Source: Eledone cirrhosa
Lineage: Eukaryota
Length of the DNA: 64,000 bases
NCBI GenBank assembly: GCA_964016885.1
Contig: OZ024743.1
Location: forward strand, 155,248,001-155,312,000
Reading direction: 5' to 3'
Made by a program: the position numbers and the translations under genes. Positions 1-14,353 of the stretch are shown here, piece after piece. The notes under the pieces are model-generated. The model searched no databases, had not been told where the DNA came from, and saw only the letters and a program-made list of their open reading frames with translations. Each line of letters opens with the position of its first letter. The first letter of the stretch is position 1.

Positions 1-39
1 TTTTTTTTTTCTTTTTTTTTTTTTGCCCATCGCTGGTCT

Positions 40-200
40 CGGCTCTGAAAATCTCAAATTGGCAGATAACCTTTCAAGAAAGAAAGATATTCGACTGAAT
101 TATCCACTATCCCCGACTTAATTCAAACGGCAGACTTATCATGTGATTAGCTTCCCACAGAAAGGTAGAGGTATATAGACTAAAGCAAACGCGACTAGCA
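40..200. repeat. Unclassified dispersed repeat; diverged inverted copy at about 13920-14060
   Basis: gaaaatctcaaat...tgaattatccacta...aattcaaac...tgattagc matches the reverse complement of 13920-14060. Confidence 0.6.
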
Positions 201-993
201 GACATTTCAGTAGAAATTCTGACTTTTGAGAAAGATTCCAGATGATTGGAGATGTTCAATGCTCATGCTGAGTTTTACTCAATGAAACTGCCGTAGGGAA
301 ACTAAGTAAATGGGTAAATATTTATTATCTTATATATTGCGCTATAATGGATAATCGCATTTAAAGTCCGTTAAAAGTTCTTGGCACTACCACTATTACC
401 ATCGCTTTCCTCTAGCCATAGGTATTGGACACATGAGCCGAATGCTACCATTCTGTTATACATCAATGTGAACTGCTATTTCTAATAGCCATCTTTTCAT
501 CTGTTAATAATTTGTGTGTGAGACACATTGGTTGGGTGCTTTTGACGGGAACGAAAATATTGATTGTTTTAGCTTCCCGCGACCACGTAAAATTGGTAAA
601 TCGGTGGCTAGTTGAGAGATAGAATCTTATCGGGTACCAGTTGGTAATCGCTCTAACGTGTAAGCCGTCACAAACAGACATGACCGGCATGGACTGGTGT
701 TCCGATTCTGTCGATCGATTGGTTATTGATTAGGCGTAATCCGCTAATGAAGCCCCATAAGCCGATTGTGCTTTGTTGCATAATACATGCAGACGGATGG
801 TGCAGTGCTCCTTACTGCTGCATTAGTGCGGCAGAAACTCGAGTCGGGGCACCATTATAGGCACCCGTTTAACGTGTGCTGTGTTGAAGCAAATCACTAT
901 GTGTAGACTGTGGAAATGTATTTTATATTGCCCATGGAGTACGGTGAGATAAAACCGGTACTGGCATTGATAAATATGCTGTGTCCGTCAACT

Positions 994-1036
<43 letters not shown>

Positions 1037-1037
<1 letters not shown>

Positions 1038-1450
1038 GATATTAAATGAATGGAAACTATACTTATAAAACCATATTTATTTCATTATACATATTTCAGG
1101 GATACCAAATTAAAATATGGTATGCCTTCATCAGACAAAATACAATATATAAACAGTTTTATAAATAATTTTGACATACACTATCAGATGCGACCATTAT
1201 TTTTGGAAGCTGTCTGGATAGTGAGATGTTTATAATTATTTTATTAGTTATAGTGTTAAGCACAGTTATAAAAAAGACGGAGAGAAAGAATAAACAGAGA
1301 GAGACAAGGAGAGAGATAAAGAAGGAGAGAGAGAAAAGTAAGATATATATAAATAGATAGGAGGAAATGAAAAAGAAAGAAGAAATAAAGAAATAAGAAA
1401 GACAAAAGAAAGCAACAGAGAGATAATAATTCATCATACAGATAGAAAAA
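1037..1450 (-). mobile_element. PLE-type 3' terminal (pLTR-like) fragment with HHR; related copy on + at about 36620-37020
   Basis: Reverse-complement similarity to 36620-37020; both copies end in (TA)n. Confidence 0.65.
1078..1142 (-). ncRNA. Type I hammerhead ribozyme
   Basis: tattttgt-CTGATGA-aggcatacca..tggtatccct-GAAA-tatgta-TA-atgaaata. Confidence 0.75.
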
Positions 1451-1626
1451 CTCAAGAGAGAGGAGGATATTGTGACAACTTTACGTCATGTCTTATTAAG
1501 TTGAATTAACAATGCATATGAAATGAGTAATAAAAATTTAAATATCAATATTCATGAATGAGACAGATATATAATATGAGAAAATAACATTGTTCAATAA
1601 TGACCATATGTTTAGTTTAAAACCTT

Positions 1627-2799
<1,173 letters not shown>

Positions 2800-2800
<1 letters not shown>

Positions 2801-3666
2801 ACATATTTATAAATATCTATATTACTACAGACACGCAAACCAAACATAAACGTATCCATAATACACATACATACACATATACACATGAATATATACACGC
2901 ATATATAAAATACACCTATAACATATACAAGCATATATATGTACGGAAAGGTACACGTACCTCCACAAACATACGGATAAGGAATACTTACCTCTACAAA
3001 TAAGTAATGGTATATAAGTAACATAAAATATAGTTAGCGAAAACATCAAGGCGTAAATTATCTGCGTATTGTTCGTACTATCCGTCATGGTAAAATGTAG
3101 GGCTGTAATACAGGAAAGTGTTATGCATTTCCTGTTTACAAGCCGAAATTGCCTCAGATGTTTTGTTTAAGATGTGACCATTGGCGTAGAGTATTACCAG
3201 GGCTTCAGTAGCGCAAAGATCGCATGGTATTTTGTTTCTTTTATACGATCTAGCTCTAGCTAGGATCTCCCAGGGCAACCTTTGAGACTCTAGATATAAG
3301 CTGAAAGTGAAGTCATGTTCTTTCTCAAAGGTTTTGTCTTTGCGTGTAATTGTTTTCACCGCTCCACATAACGCCGTGCTATGTTCGGTTTTTTCCATTC
3401 TTTGCCAGGGAACGTCTACAGGAACCAAACTATCGTATTCCTGTTTCCTTCGGTGGCTACGTTTTCCGAAATATTTAATTTTGCGTCGACAGATTGATTT
3501 TTTTTTGAGTTTCAAATGATCCCGTTAAGGGTGAATGCAGCAATTCTTTGCTTAAACCTTAATCTGTTATTTTAATAAATATTTGCTCTATGGTTTTCAT
3601 ATATTTGATATATATATTATTCTTATCGACCCCTCTTCGAATGATAGTCTTCATATTTATTAGTAT

Positions 3667-3670
<4 letters not shown>
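2800..3670 (-). mobile_element. Truncated Naiad-like PLE: GIY-YIG C-terminus plus inverted 3' arm; same family as 9030-12408
   Basis: WEILARARSY..PCDLCATE..ILNKTSEAISACK; 2900-3320 matches about 9950-10390, and 3330-3670 matches 12060-12408. Confidence 0.85.
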
Positions 3671-3716
<46 letters not shown>

Positions 3717-4111
3717 ATACATTGGGAGGGTCATGTTGCCAATAAGAAACACAAGCACCAGTTGCTTTCACTTCAATTTATTATATATTTATAAATTTAC
3801 AAATTTATAAATTCATAAATTTCTGGTTGGTTGGTTGGTTCCACAACGAGATAGTTGTTTATATATAGTCATAGTTCTTTCGTCACACACTATGTGACCT
3901 CTTCAGTGACTGGGGACTCCTTTCTTTGTTTCTGTGCCTCTCCTTTGTTCTGTCCTACGCCATTTTGTTTCTGTGTGTGTGTTGTGTGCTCAGTCTGCGC
4001 ATGCGCCATATCCGGGTGTCAGTGTGTGTTTATGTTCATTTATCTATTTGTTTATTTATATGTTACTGGTTGGTTGTTTGTTCTATGTGTGTGTGTGTTT
4101 TCATGTTGTCC

Positions 4112-4577
4112 TTAATTGTAAGTTGTGATGTTGCTGTTCCACTCATATTTTCTATTTAATTTTGGTTGTAATTCTTTTATGTTTATTGCCTATGTAATTT
4201 GTCTAAACGTTGCATCTTTTCTGTGTGTAGATTCTATTTTTATTTCTATGTTCTCTAATTTACCCTTGTGTTCTATCTTAGCATGTTGGTAGAGTACAGA
4301 TCATTCTTTATTATCTTGAAGGTCTCGCCAGTGTTCATTTATCCGTTCCCCTACACTACGAGCTGTCTCAACTATGTACACTATATTTTTGTCTCTACAT
4401 TGTCCTTCGGTACATCTTATGCTATACACTACATTTCTAGTTTTACAGTTAATATGGCGGCTTATTTTACAGGTTATACATTTCTTATCTATACATGAGG
4501 GTCTTTGAAAAGGGTATGTATTGCTAATAAGTGTTTTTACGGAGGTACATGGTCTTTCTACTATCTTAATATTGAGT
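4112..4577 (-). pseudogene. GIY-YIG endonuclease (C-terminus of the PLE ORF)
   Basis: Inverted copy of 6574-7039; CxxxxCxxC linker and NVVY motif, with YIGET decayed to YIVET. Confidence 0.85.
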
Positions 4578-4587
4578 TTATGTTTAT

Positions 4588-6560
4588 TTAGGGCCTTCTA
4601 AATTTGTAAGCTATTTCACCTCTAGCGGTTGTATCGATGAACATTACACTCTGGTATTTATTGCTATCATACCATGAGTTTATTCTATTAGCCATGTTCC
4701 TAGTTCTTTCTATTCTATTCCAAAATTTGCTCCTATACAAGGGGCAGGTCCCATTTATGTCATTATTTACCATTTTTTCCCATTTGGTTCTGGCTCCTTT
4801 ATACACTCTGATTCTATCTCTCTGATTGTAGCCAGAGAACTGCATACGGTGGATGAAGTGTTGTATGTGTCTCTCTAGTTCTTCGGGGTTGCACATTCGG
4901 GACACATTTCTCATCACCCGTACCAAATCCGCAATCAGTATGTTGATTTTGGTATGGTCCGAAATGGCCGAGTTTCGGTGGATCAGATGTTTGGAAGTCA
5001 TGGGTTTGGCATACTGGGAATGGAGGATTTGTTTTTTCTTGTTAATGGTATCTAACCAGAGCTCTGTGTCTAGTACAGGTAATCGATGGTTGGGGTGTTT
5101 ACTTGAGTTGTCTATAGTAACTCTAATGATCTGGTGGATGGATTTTGCTATTTGCTGGATGCTTTCCATTGTGTTTTTCTCTAGTTCCTGACTGTCCTCT
5201 AGTGGGGGTGTCTTAACTACGATGTTTATATCATCTACGTAGCGGGAGTACATTATCAGGGTTAAGGGGTCTTCTAATTGTTCTTTAAGTTTAAGTTTAA
5301 GTCCACTGTCCCACCATACCATGAATAAGTTAGCTATGTCGCCTGCAATGCTAACACCCATGGCTGCTCCTTCCTCCTGGGCATATGTTTTTCCATTAAA
5401 TTTGAACATATGTTCCTTAAGGGTTAGTTTTATGCTGGCCCCTACCGCATGTGCAATCATTTTCTTCAGTTCATCGTGGTTTTCGGGTGTCCGTATGGCT
5501 CTGGTCCACCCGTTCCATCTATCTGTGTGGGTTTTCTTGGCCATTGAGGTAATGGTAGGTGGTCTGCCTCTTGCTGGTCTTGTAGGGCACAGGTTGCTAA
5601 GGTCATATGTGTCTAGGTAACTATTACTATAGGTAAGCTTAAGTAGGACTCCCAGCTCACTGGTATCAATCCCACGGAACTCAACCTTGCTCTCACTGAT
5701 CATTTCTAGGCATTTCTCCACAGCAAAATCCACGTCAATAGATGGATACAGGGACACAACACCCATACTGCCTATTATGCAGTTTGTTAGGTCCCCAGAT
5801 CGTTTACTCACGCCGATTCTGCTGAGGAGGTTCTCCGTGCTGTCACATACATCAGGAGACATTTCAATGATGGGGCGTATGATCAGGGAGAGGAAGTAGG
5901 ACAGTCTGTAGTTACTAGCAATGTTAGCTCCACAGACTGGCCGTGTTGGTGGTCCCGCGACAGGGTCACAGCCCGTTTTATGGTCTTTTCGAAGCCCATA
6001 CAACGCCGGCACGTCATTGTTCCAGTCCTGGAAGTTGTTGGCAGTCCTTTTGTTGGGCTGCATTATATTCGTCCACATCACCATATGGGCATTGAGGGCT
6101 TTTTCTCTATCATTATGCTCCTGTGATGTTACCTCTCTTGTGTTAGTGATGTGGGGTTTCATTGCATGGATGTAGTTTGGAAGGCTGTCAACCGACATTC
6201 TGCCAGACTTGTCTGGTGGAAAGCATGCTATCTCTCCATTACGTGAGCGCTGCATGAGCTTACGCAAGCCATTTGCAGATTTTTCTCCCAGTTGCTGGGC
6301 CTCCATTCTATTATGCTTCTTGCTATACTGTTCTATAATATTTCTAAGTTCGGATCTAGCTATACTAAATTGTGCTTCTGTTTGTTCATCGACCAGCGAC
6401 GGCAATTGCGTGCGTTTGTTAAATGGTAAAGTCGTGGCGTGGACTCGTCGCAGGTCGAATGATTTATCGGAGGGATTATAAAACGGAGAGTTCCAGGCGG
6501 CTGCTTTATGTGTACTAGTGCTATTGTTATTGTTAGTTGTGTTGTTTCTATTTCTATTTC
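4588..6560 (-). pseudogene. PLE reverse transcriptase, 5'-truncated; a 1-nt frameshift near 4590 separates it from the GIY-YIG domain
   Basis: PDKSGR, YGLRKDHK, PTRPV, SLYPSID, QEEGAAMG, SRYVDD and LPVLDT motifs. Confidence 0.92.
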
Positions 6561-6573
6561 TATTTCTATTTCC

Positions 6574-7039
6574 ACTCAATATTAAGATAGTAGAACGACC
6601 AGGTACCTCCGTAAAAACACTTATTAGCAAGACATACCCTTTTCAAAGACGCTCGTGTATAGATAAGAAATGTATAACCTGTAAAATAAGCCCCCATATT
6701 TACTGTAAAACTAGAAATGTAGTGTATAGCATAAGATGTACCGGAGGACAATGTAGAGACAAAAATATAGTGTACATAGGTGAGACAGCTCGTAGTGTAG
6801 GGGAACGGATAAATGAACACTGGTGAGACCTTCAAGATAATAAAGAATCATCTGTACTCTACCAACATACTAAGATAGAACACAAGGGTAAATTAGAGAA
6901 CATAGAAATAAAAATAGAATCTACACACAGAAAAGACGCAATGTTTATACAAATTACAGAGGCAATAAACATAAAGGAATTACAACCAACATTAAATAGA
7001 AAATATGAGTGGAACAGCAACATCACAACTTACATTTAA
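6574..7039 (+). pseudogene. GIY-YIG endonuclease copy in the inverted arm
   Basis: CIDKKCITC..RNVVYSIRC..YIGETARSVGERINEH; TGA at 6824 where the other arm has CGA. Confidence 0.88.
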
Positions 7040-7239
7040 GGACAAAATGAAAACACACACACACATAGAACAAACAACCAACCAGTAACATGTAAATAAA
7101 CAAATAGATAAATGAACATAAACACACACAGACACCCGGATGTGGCGCATGCGCAGACTGAGCACACAACACACACACAGAAACAAAATGGCGTAGGACA
7201 GAACAAAGGAGAGGCACAGAAACAAAGAAAGGAGTCCCC

Positions 7240-7284
7240 AGTCACTGAAGAGGTCACATAGTGTGTGACGAAAGAACTATGACT
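7240..7284 (+). ncRNA. Minimal hammerhead ribozyme (copies on - at 3867-3911 and 14504-14546)
   Basis: agtca-CTGAAGA-g-gtcaca..tgtgac-GAAA-gaac-TA-tgact. Confidence 0.75.
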
Positions 7285-7497
7285 ATATATAAACAACTAT
7301 CTCGTTGTGGAACCAACCAACCAACCCGAAATTTATGAATTTATAAATTTGTAAATTTATAAATATATAATAAATTGAAGTGAAAGCAACTGGTGCGTGT
7401 GTTTCTTATTGGCAACATGACCCTCCCAAAGTATAACAATATCGGTTTCAACACACGAATTCAGATAAATAATCTTGCTAAACAAATTCAGAAACGA

Positions 7498-7532
<35 letters not shown>

Positions 7533-7533
<1 letters not shown>

Positions 7534-8250
7534 AGTGGTTACACAACAGTTAGTTCACCATACCGAGAACAATTGGTTCACCTTAGCGGATCCTCAGCTC
7601 GGAATACGCATGGTTATAGGAACAGGAAGGACAACCGTACGAACGCGCATGTGCAGAAATCCAGTTACTTCACTCAGGCAATACTAGACTGCGTGAGAGA
7701 GGTGTAAGGGAGAAAACTGCGAAATTCGCACCCCACGTATGGTCCCTCAAGGACTCAAGTATAGACTACTCAATTCAATGGAAAGCCATCACTAAGTCCA
7801 AGCCATACGCAAGTGGAAATCCGACGTGTGGCTTATGTATTGACGAACGAATAACTATTCTAAAGAGATTACGCAATATTGATTGCATAAACACGAGTAT
7901 GGATTTTTCACACGTTATCCACACATCGCCAAACACCTATTGCATAATTACAAGGCTCCGGACTGATTCTTTGTAATATTATTTTCAACCTAAAAACTGT
8001 TCAGACTTTCGCAGTTACTCCCTTACACCTCTTGCACGCAGTCTACTATTGGCTGTGTGAAGTGACCGGGTTTCTGCGCATGCGCGTTCGTACGATTGTC
8101 CTTCATGTTCTTATAACCATGCCCATTCCGAGCTGAGGATGGGCTAATGTAAAACAATTGTTCTCGGTATGGCGAACTAACTGTTGTGTAACCACTTCAC
8201 GCCCCATGGCCTGAGTGCTCTACCACTACTACGGATATTACTTTCCAGTG
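7533..8250 (+). mobile_element. Short Naiad-like PLE: GIY-YIG C-terminal remnant, inverted arms (7533-7725 and 8007-8198), tail
   Basis: 7730-7900 translates HVWSLKDSSIDYSIQWKAITKSKPYASGNPTCGLCIDE; about 190-bp inverted repeats; TA flanks. Confidence 0.85.
8128..8167 (+). ncRNA. Decayed hammerhead ribozyme (inverted copy at 7563-7602)
   Basis: Two-copy consensus ccgag-CTGAGGA-t-cc..gg-t-GAAA-caattg-TT-ctcgg; each copy has a mutated GAAA. Confidence 0.6.
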
Positions 8251-8258
8251 TTCCACCG

Positions 8259-8397
<139 letters not shown>

Positions 8398-8987
8398 CGT
8401 TGTCACGCTCACGTGTTTTTGAGTGGTGCAAGAGGTTTAAAGAAGGACGCAATTAGGTGCAATATGACCCCTGGAGCGGAACGCCCTCAACAACGAGGAC
8501 TGAGGTCAACGTTGAGCGCGTTTTGGCAGATGGTGCGTAGCGATCACCGGCTGACTATTCGACTGATAACAAATGAGCTGGGCATCAGTCGAGACAGCGT
8601 CTGGAAGATTCTCACTAAAGATTTGGACATGCGGAAAGTCTGAGCGAAGATGGTGCCAAAACTGATGAACGATGAACTGAAAGGTCGACGCATGCAAGTG
8701 TGCCAGGACCTCCGCGAGCGTCTTGAAACCCAACCAGACTTGCTAGGGACAGTACTCACCGGTGATGAGTAATGGATCTTCGGGTACGACCCGGAGGGGA
8801 CTCGTTTTGAAGACGTGTACGACATCAAAAAGGCCGTGACGACGGAACTGCGGAGCATCCCGGAAAAATCCTTCCAGAAGTGCATGCAAACGTGGCATGC
8901 ACTTGGGTGGAAAAGTGAACTAGATTCCAGGGGGATTACCCTTGAAGGAGAAAACTCTTTGTGTGAACTTTTCTGACCCACCTCGTA
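8398..8987 (+). mobile_element. Internally deleted mariner transposon, right end with TIR
   Basis: RLTIRLITNELGIS, AKMVPK, VLTGDE*WIFGYDPE joined to GTRFEDV; ends in ctgacccacctcgTA. Confidence 0.88.
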
Positions 8988-8998
8988 TATATATATAC

Positions 8999-9029
<31 letters not shown>

Positions 9030-9035
<6 letters not shown>

Positions 9036-12000
9036 CAGATTAAGGCTTCAGCAAAGAATCGCTGCTTTCACCCTTAGCAGGATCTTCTGAAACTAAGAAA
9101 GTCAATCTGTGAACGCAGAAGTAATTATTTCAAAAATCGTTGCAACCGGAGGGAAGACAGGAAGACGATACTTTGTTTCGTGGAAACGTTACCTGGCAAA
9201 GAACGGGAAAATACGAAGATAATACGTCATTATTAGGGCGTTGAAAAGCAATTATATGCAAAGACAAAACCACGTTTATGGTATCAAAGAAATCGTAGAC
9301 TAATATTCTATTAGGTGGTTCATGGAGATTTTCTCTGGCAATGGACGGTAAAAACGAAGAAAATACGTCATATGTGGAGCGGAGGAGAACAATTGCACGC
9401 AAAGACAAAACTACGTAAATGGTATAATTGAAGTCGTAGACTAACATTCTAACTAGGAAACCGAATGATTCTCGGCTTCAGAGTTAAGAATAAAGTAAAT
9501 AAAATACAGAGGTAATTGAAATTAAATAAATATATATACGCATCCATATACGTTCATACACAAGCATGCGCGAAAACACTCGCCATAGGAATGCAAATAC
9601 AAGCATGTACACAAAAAAAACCGCACGCACATACAGAACCCACGTAACGCCTGTACACGCACACATACGAATGTATGCACCATATACACATAAAAATATA
9701 TTTTAAAAAACAATATATATATATGTGTGTGTGTGTGCGTTTGTACATATAATTAAATAAACGTATATAAATAAATAAATAAATATGTATATAACGCGCG
9801 CACACACATACCTACATGTAAATACATATATGTTCGGAGACTACGTCAAACAAAACTCAAAGTACACATATACACGCACCCTACATACGTACGAACCCTA
9901 ATACTCACACAGACGCAAGACTCGCGTATACACATAACCAAATGCATATGTACCAGAATATATAATATATACGCCCTAATATATACAATAAAATATACGT
10001 ACGAGAAAGTATACGTACCTTCATAAAACATACAGGTAATATCTATACTTACCTATACAAATAAGTAATGGTATAAACATATAATTAGCTACCACATCAA
10101 GACGTAAAATATCCGCGTATAGTCCGTACTATCCGTTACGGTATAATGTGGGGCTGTAATCCAGGAACGTTTTTTGCAATTTATGTTTACAAGCCGAAAT
10201 TGCCTCAGATTTTTTGTTCAAGATGTGGTCTTTGGCGTAGTGTATTTCCAGAGCTTCAGCGGCGCAGAGGTCACATGGTCTTTTATTTCCGTTATACGAC
10301 CTAACCAAAGCTAGGATCTCCCAGTTTAACTTATATTGGGTTGGTGTCTATTAAACTCCAGATATAAGCTGAAAGTGACGTCATATTCCTTCTTAAAGGG
10401 TTAATAAAAGAATGGGTATGCATGTAAAGACGCTGCTTGCATCTATTGGCAGTTAACCCTATGTAGGCCCTACGGGACGTGGGTGTGTCAACCTTACATT
10501 TGTAGACAATGTTACTAGAGAGGCATTTCACGGATAGGCGGCCGTCGACCCGATTCCTACAATTACAGTTAGTACTAGATATAGGGTTGCACGTGTTCCT
10601 ACGGCTAGGTAGTTTAGCTAAATGTGAAGCTGTGATGTTATGTGCAAGGTTATGAGTCGTAGAGCAATATATTTTAATGGTATTTCTATTAACAATTTTA
10701 CTATATTTATGTGTTTGGAGAAAATGCTTCATAATAAGGGAGAGAAAGATCTTAGCTAATGGTGTGGCTACCTCCATATTATATGGTGGGTTATACCATA
10801 TAATCGGCCGGGATCTATTTGTTCTAGGTTTATTCTCGTACTCTATATATGCTACCTTATCGACAAATCCACTCCGACCAAGAGCTTCAATGTAACATGT
10901 AGATTGGTCGTTGAAAATATTCTCGTTAGTAGATAGACGGGAAAGCTACAAAGAAAGGTTTCTTACCAGGTTCTTGGTTATGCTGGAAGGATAGTTATAA
11001 TACTTACTTGTGTAATTAAGCGTATCATTCGGCTTTCTATACGGGTAGTGCAAGCCATTCTAGAAATTGAGGGTAACGTCGTGGTAATTAACGACCAAGA
11101 GGTTGGCATCAACCTGTATGGAGAGGTTGAAGCCTTTATAGAAGGCTGTGAGTTATTTTCTGAACCTGTCGCAAGCACGTGGGCCGCACATTGTCATGGT
11201 CAAAAGACCATCATCACGGTACAAACCACCGCCCACGTTTGGGGAATTATTCCTTGTTAGAGAAAAGAAGGAAAAGGCCTATAAGATCAGTAACCTCCAT
11301 TGAATCGCTGGCGCTCATACTCACGTCGAATGAGGTACTATTATATTTTTTAATCGAAATAGAGTCGTTGAAATTAATCACCGACTTACGGGCATTGAGG
11401 ATGACATCAACTTCGAAATCCTTAACCACTTGAGTGTTTTAGCGAAATTGATAGCTCTAAGGAGAAGTGGTAAAGTGATGGAGGAGTAGTAATTATTCAT
11501 GTCGAATTGGATATGTTCCTTGTTGCATATGCCGTTGAACCAATCAATCAGCGCGAACGAATTGTTCCACAGTGCAAGAGGGGCCAAACTTCTAATTTCA
11601 GGTATAATTCTATATAAAGTCCTTTTACTAAGTCTACCTAAATCGGACTTCGTAGGGTAAATAAGCCGAATAGAAGGGTTGTTCGGGAAATTGGATTTGT
11701 GATTCTTCAGGGTAAAGTGGGGAGAAATAGGGTCCAGATGTTCAGTCCGGTCCAGGATGTTGAGATCAGAGGTGATTTTAAACCCAGCATCGTTGATTTC
11801 ATTAATGACGCTCCGATTAGCTTTACCGTAATCCTTAGTTACAGCATTATGTAGCAGTTGAGAGTAAGTACTGCGCTCCACTTGATATAGATTGCAGTTT
11901 TGGCGGAGTGGACGTGCACGGCATCAGAATCCTTAATAGAACGAATTCTATTATTCAGCTCCTGCTGGAAGGAATTGCTCCTATTCCGAAATTTGATACT

Positions 12001-12403
12001 CGGTATGAGAACCACCTAATGGAATATTAGTCTACGACTTCTTTTATACCATACATGTGGATTTGTCTTTGCTTGTAATTGTTTTTCACCGCTCCAAATA
12101 ATGACGAATTAACTTCGTTTTTTCCCGTTCTTTGCCGGGGAACGTTTCCGCGAACCAAAGTATCGTCCTCCTGTCTCCCTCCTGTTGCAACGTTTTAGTT
12201 TTAAATTTACTTCTGCGTTCACAGATTGACTTATTAAGTTTCAGAAGATCCCGTTGTGGGTGAAAGCAGCGATTATTTGCATAAGATTTAATCTATTATT
12301 TTAATAACTATCTACTCTACGGTTCTTATATATTTGATATATATGCATCCTTATCGAACCCTCTTTGGATTTTTTTCCTCAATTATTATTCAATTATTAT
12401 TAT

Positions 12404-12408
<5 letters not shown>
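9030..12408 (-). mobile_element. Naiad-like PLE: frameshifted RT plus GIY-YIG at about 10130-12015, inverted 3' arm at 12050-12408
   Basis: QFDMNNYYSSI, MSASDSMEVTDLIG, GLYRDD, WYNPPY, CNC, YIGLT; 9030-9270 is the inverse of 12060-12300. Confidence 0.92.
12237..12287 (+). ncRNA. Hammerhead-like motif with CAGAAGA core (copies at 9043-9095 on -, 3508-3560 on +)
   Basis: agttt-CAGAAGA-t-ccc..ggg-t-GAAA-gca..tgc-NN-aaRNY. Confidence 0.55.
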
Positions 12409-12496
<88 letters not shown>

Positions 12497-12501
<5 letters not shown>

Positions 12502-13084
12502 ATAACAGGAGGCTGGTCTGCTGTAAATACTTGAAAGGTTTATTATACTATGATCATTTTACTTACCGGGTTCGGAATGAATCCGTTGACATTATCAGGT
12601 AATTAAAAATATAACAAAGGAATATATAAGATAAAATCCATGGTGCTGAAAATCAGAGACAAGAGTGCGTCCGACAATTTACCAGTTTCTACCTCTGAAG
12701 GCCATCCTCAAGGGGTCGATAAGTCTTATAGGCGGCCGACCCAGGTAGAAGCGGCTAAATTGTCGGTCGTCCTCTTGTCTCTGATTCTCAGCACCATGGA
12801 TTTTATCTGTTAAATTTCTTTGTTATATTTTTAATTACCTGATGATGTCACCGGATTGAATCTGAACTCGGTCATTGAAATTATTATAATATAATAAACC
12901 TTTCAAGGATTTAGACCAGTCCAGCCTCCTGTTATTTTATTATAATTAACCCCGTACTCGCACCATCAACTACACAAATGAAAACGGGTGAGTTGCATTA
13001 CGTTGAATGCTGTCCTTAATATTCCACTGAGCTTCACCACGCGGAATGACCAGTTCTATCTAGTGGTGAACAAACAAAACTAAC

Positions 13085-13090
<6 letters not shown>
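12497..13090. mobile_element. Non-coding fold-back element (arms 12497-12692 and 12750-12945, plus tail) with decayed HHR at about 12834-12892
   Basis: About 195-bp inverted repeat, CTGATGA-tgtca..tcatt-GAAA, TA flanks. Confidence 0.75.
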
Positions 13091-13168
<78 letters not shown>

Positions 13169-13307
13169 TATATATATATATTAGGGTAAACATTGATGCA
13201 ATTCAATTCAAGCACTCAACGTACTTTTTACACATAGGAGTGACGGAGTAAATATCGAATAAGGAAAAGCGAAGTAGTTTCAGATGTTCAAGTCCTTTAA
13301 TAATAAT

Positions 13308-13381
13308 GCTGTGATATATATTTCAATGACGACACTGGCCACACTGTTCTGTGTGCGAGTGTCGTGACATCATCAGACAGC
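13308..13381 (-). ncRNA. Type I hammerhead ribozyme
   Basis: gctgt-CTGATGA-tgtcacgacact..agtgtcgtcatt-GAAA-tatata-TC-acagc. Confidence 0.85.
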
Positions 13382-13511
13382 TTGTTACATAATAAGGTTG
13401 CTTCCGAGGCAATCCAAATTGAATCGACATGGGAACGGATGAAACGGTGAAAGGTATTCTATTTTCTAATTTCAAACCTGCTCACTGTTTCAAAACATAC
13501 TTTCTTGCCAA

Positions 13512-13567
<56 letters not shown>

Positions 13568-13730
13568 GAAGTAAGTATGATTTGAAACAGTGAGCAGGGT
13601 TGAAATTAGAAGATAGAATAGCTTTCACCGTATTCTTGACTAAAGGATTTTTAGCCTGGTAATGGGGTTTAGAACCCTCAGATAAATACCAAAAGATGAG
13701 TATTGACGTATATGTATATATATATATATA

Positions 13731-13841
<111 letters not shown>

Positions 13842-14264
13842 TATATGTGTTAATATGTGATCGAGTAATCAAGTTGGTCAGATCGGTCTGCTATATTTGG
13901 CAGACTCTGCACTAGCCATTCTCCACATACCACTGCCTTTCTCTAGGACGCTAATCACGTGATAATTCTCCTGTTTGAATTTAAACGACACTAGTGGATA
14001 ATTCAGTAGAAATTCTTTATTCCTTGAAAAGGTTCCTGGGATTTGAGATTTTCAAAGCTTATGTTGAGATTTGCTCAACAAAATTGGAGTAGGAACACTG
14101 AGTAGGGAGATAACTATTTCCTTATGTACATTGCATTTGCATAATTATCCTGTTTTGTGCTCTGAATAATTGATTGATTTTTATTAACTCCTTAATCGAG
14201 CCAAATTGGTATGGCGCATATGCCATGAGCGGATTTGTTTAAACATATCTACATATCTGTATTT

Positions 14265-14335
<71 letters not shown>

Positions 14336-14353
14336 TACATATATGTATATATA

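Larger units (their letters stand above)
3711..7500 (-). mobile_element. Penelope-like element (RT plus GIY-YIG) with about 865-bp inverted arms (3711-4577 and 6573-7440) and a 60-nt tail
   Basis: RT ORF, GIY-YIG present in both arms, near-identical inverted repeats, (TA)n on both sides. Confidence 0.93.

Noticed and set aside
806-852. HHR-like remnant gtgctcc..GAAA-ctcgag-TC-ggggcac
   Set aside because: The CUGANGA half is missing and there is only one copy
6560-6630. N-terminus of the 680-aa ORF
   Set aside because: It is antisense read-through from the inverted arm, not a real start
6824-6826. In-frame TGA as selenocysteine (reported for some Naiad PLEs)
   Set aside because: The sister arm has CGA, consistent with CpG decay, and this is not a Cys position; no TGA was seen at conserved Cys sites elsewhere
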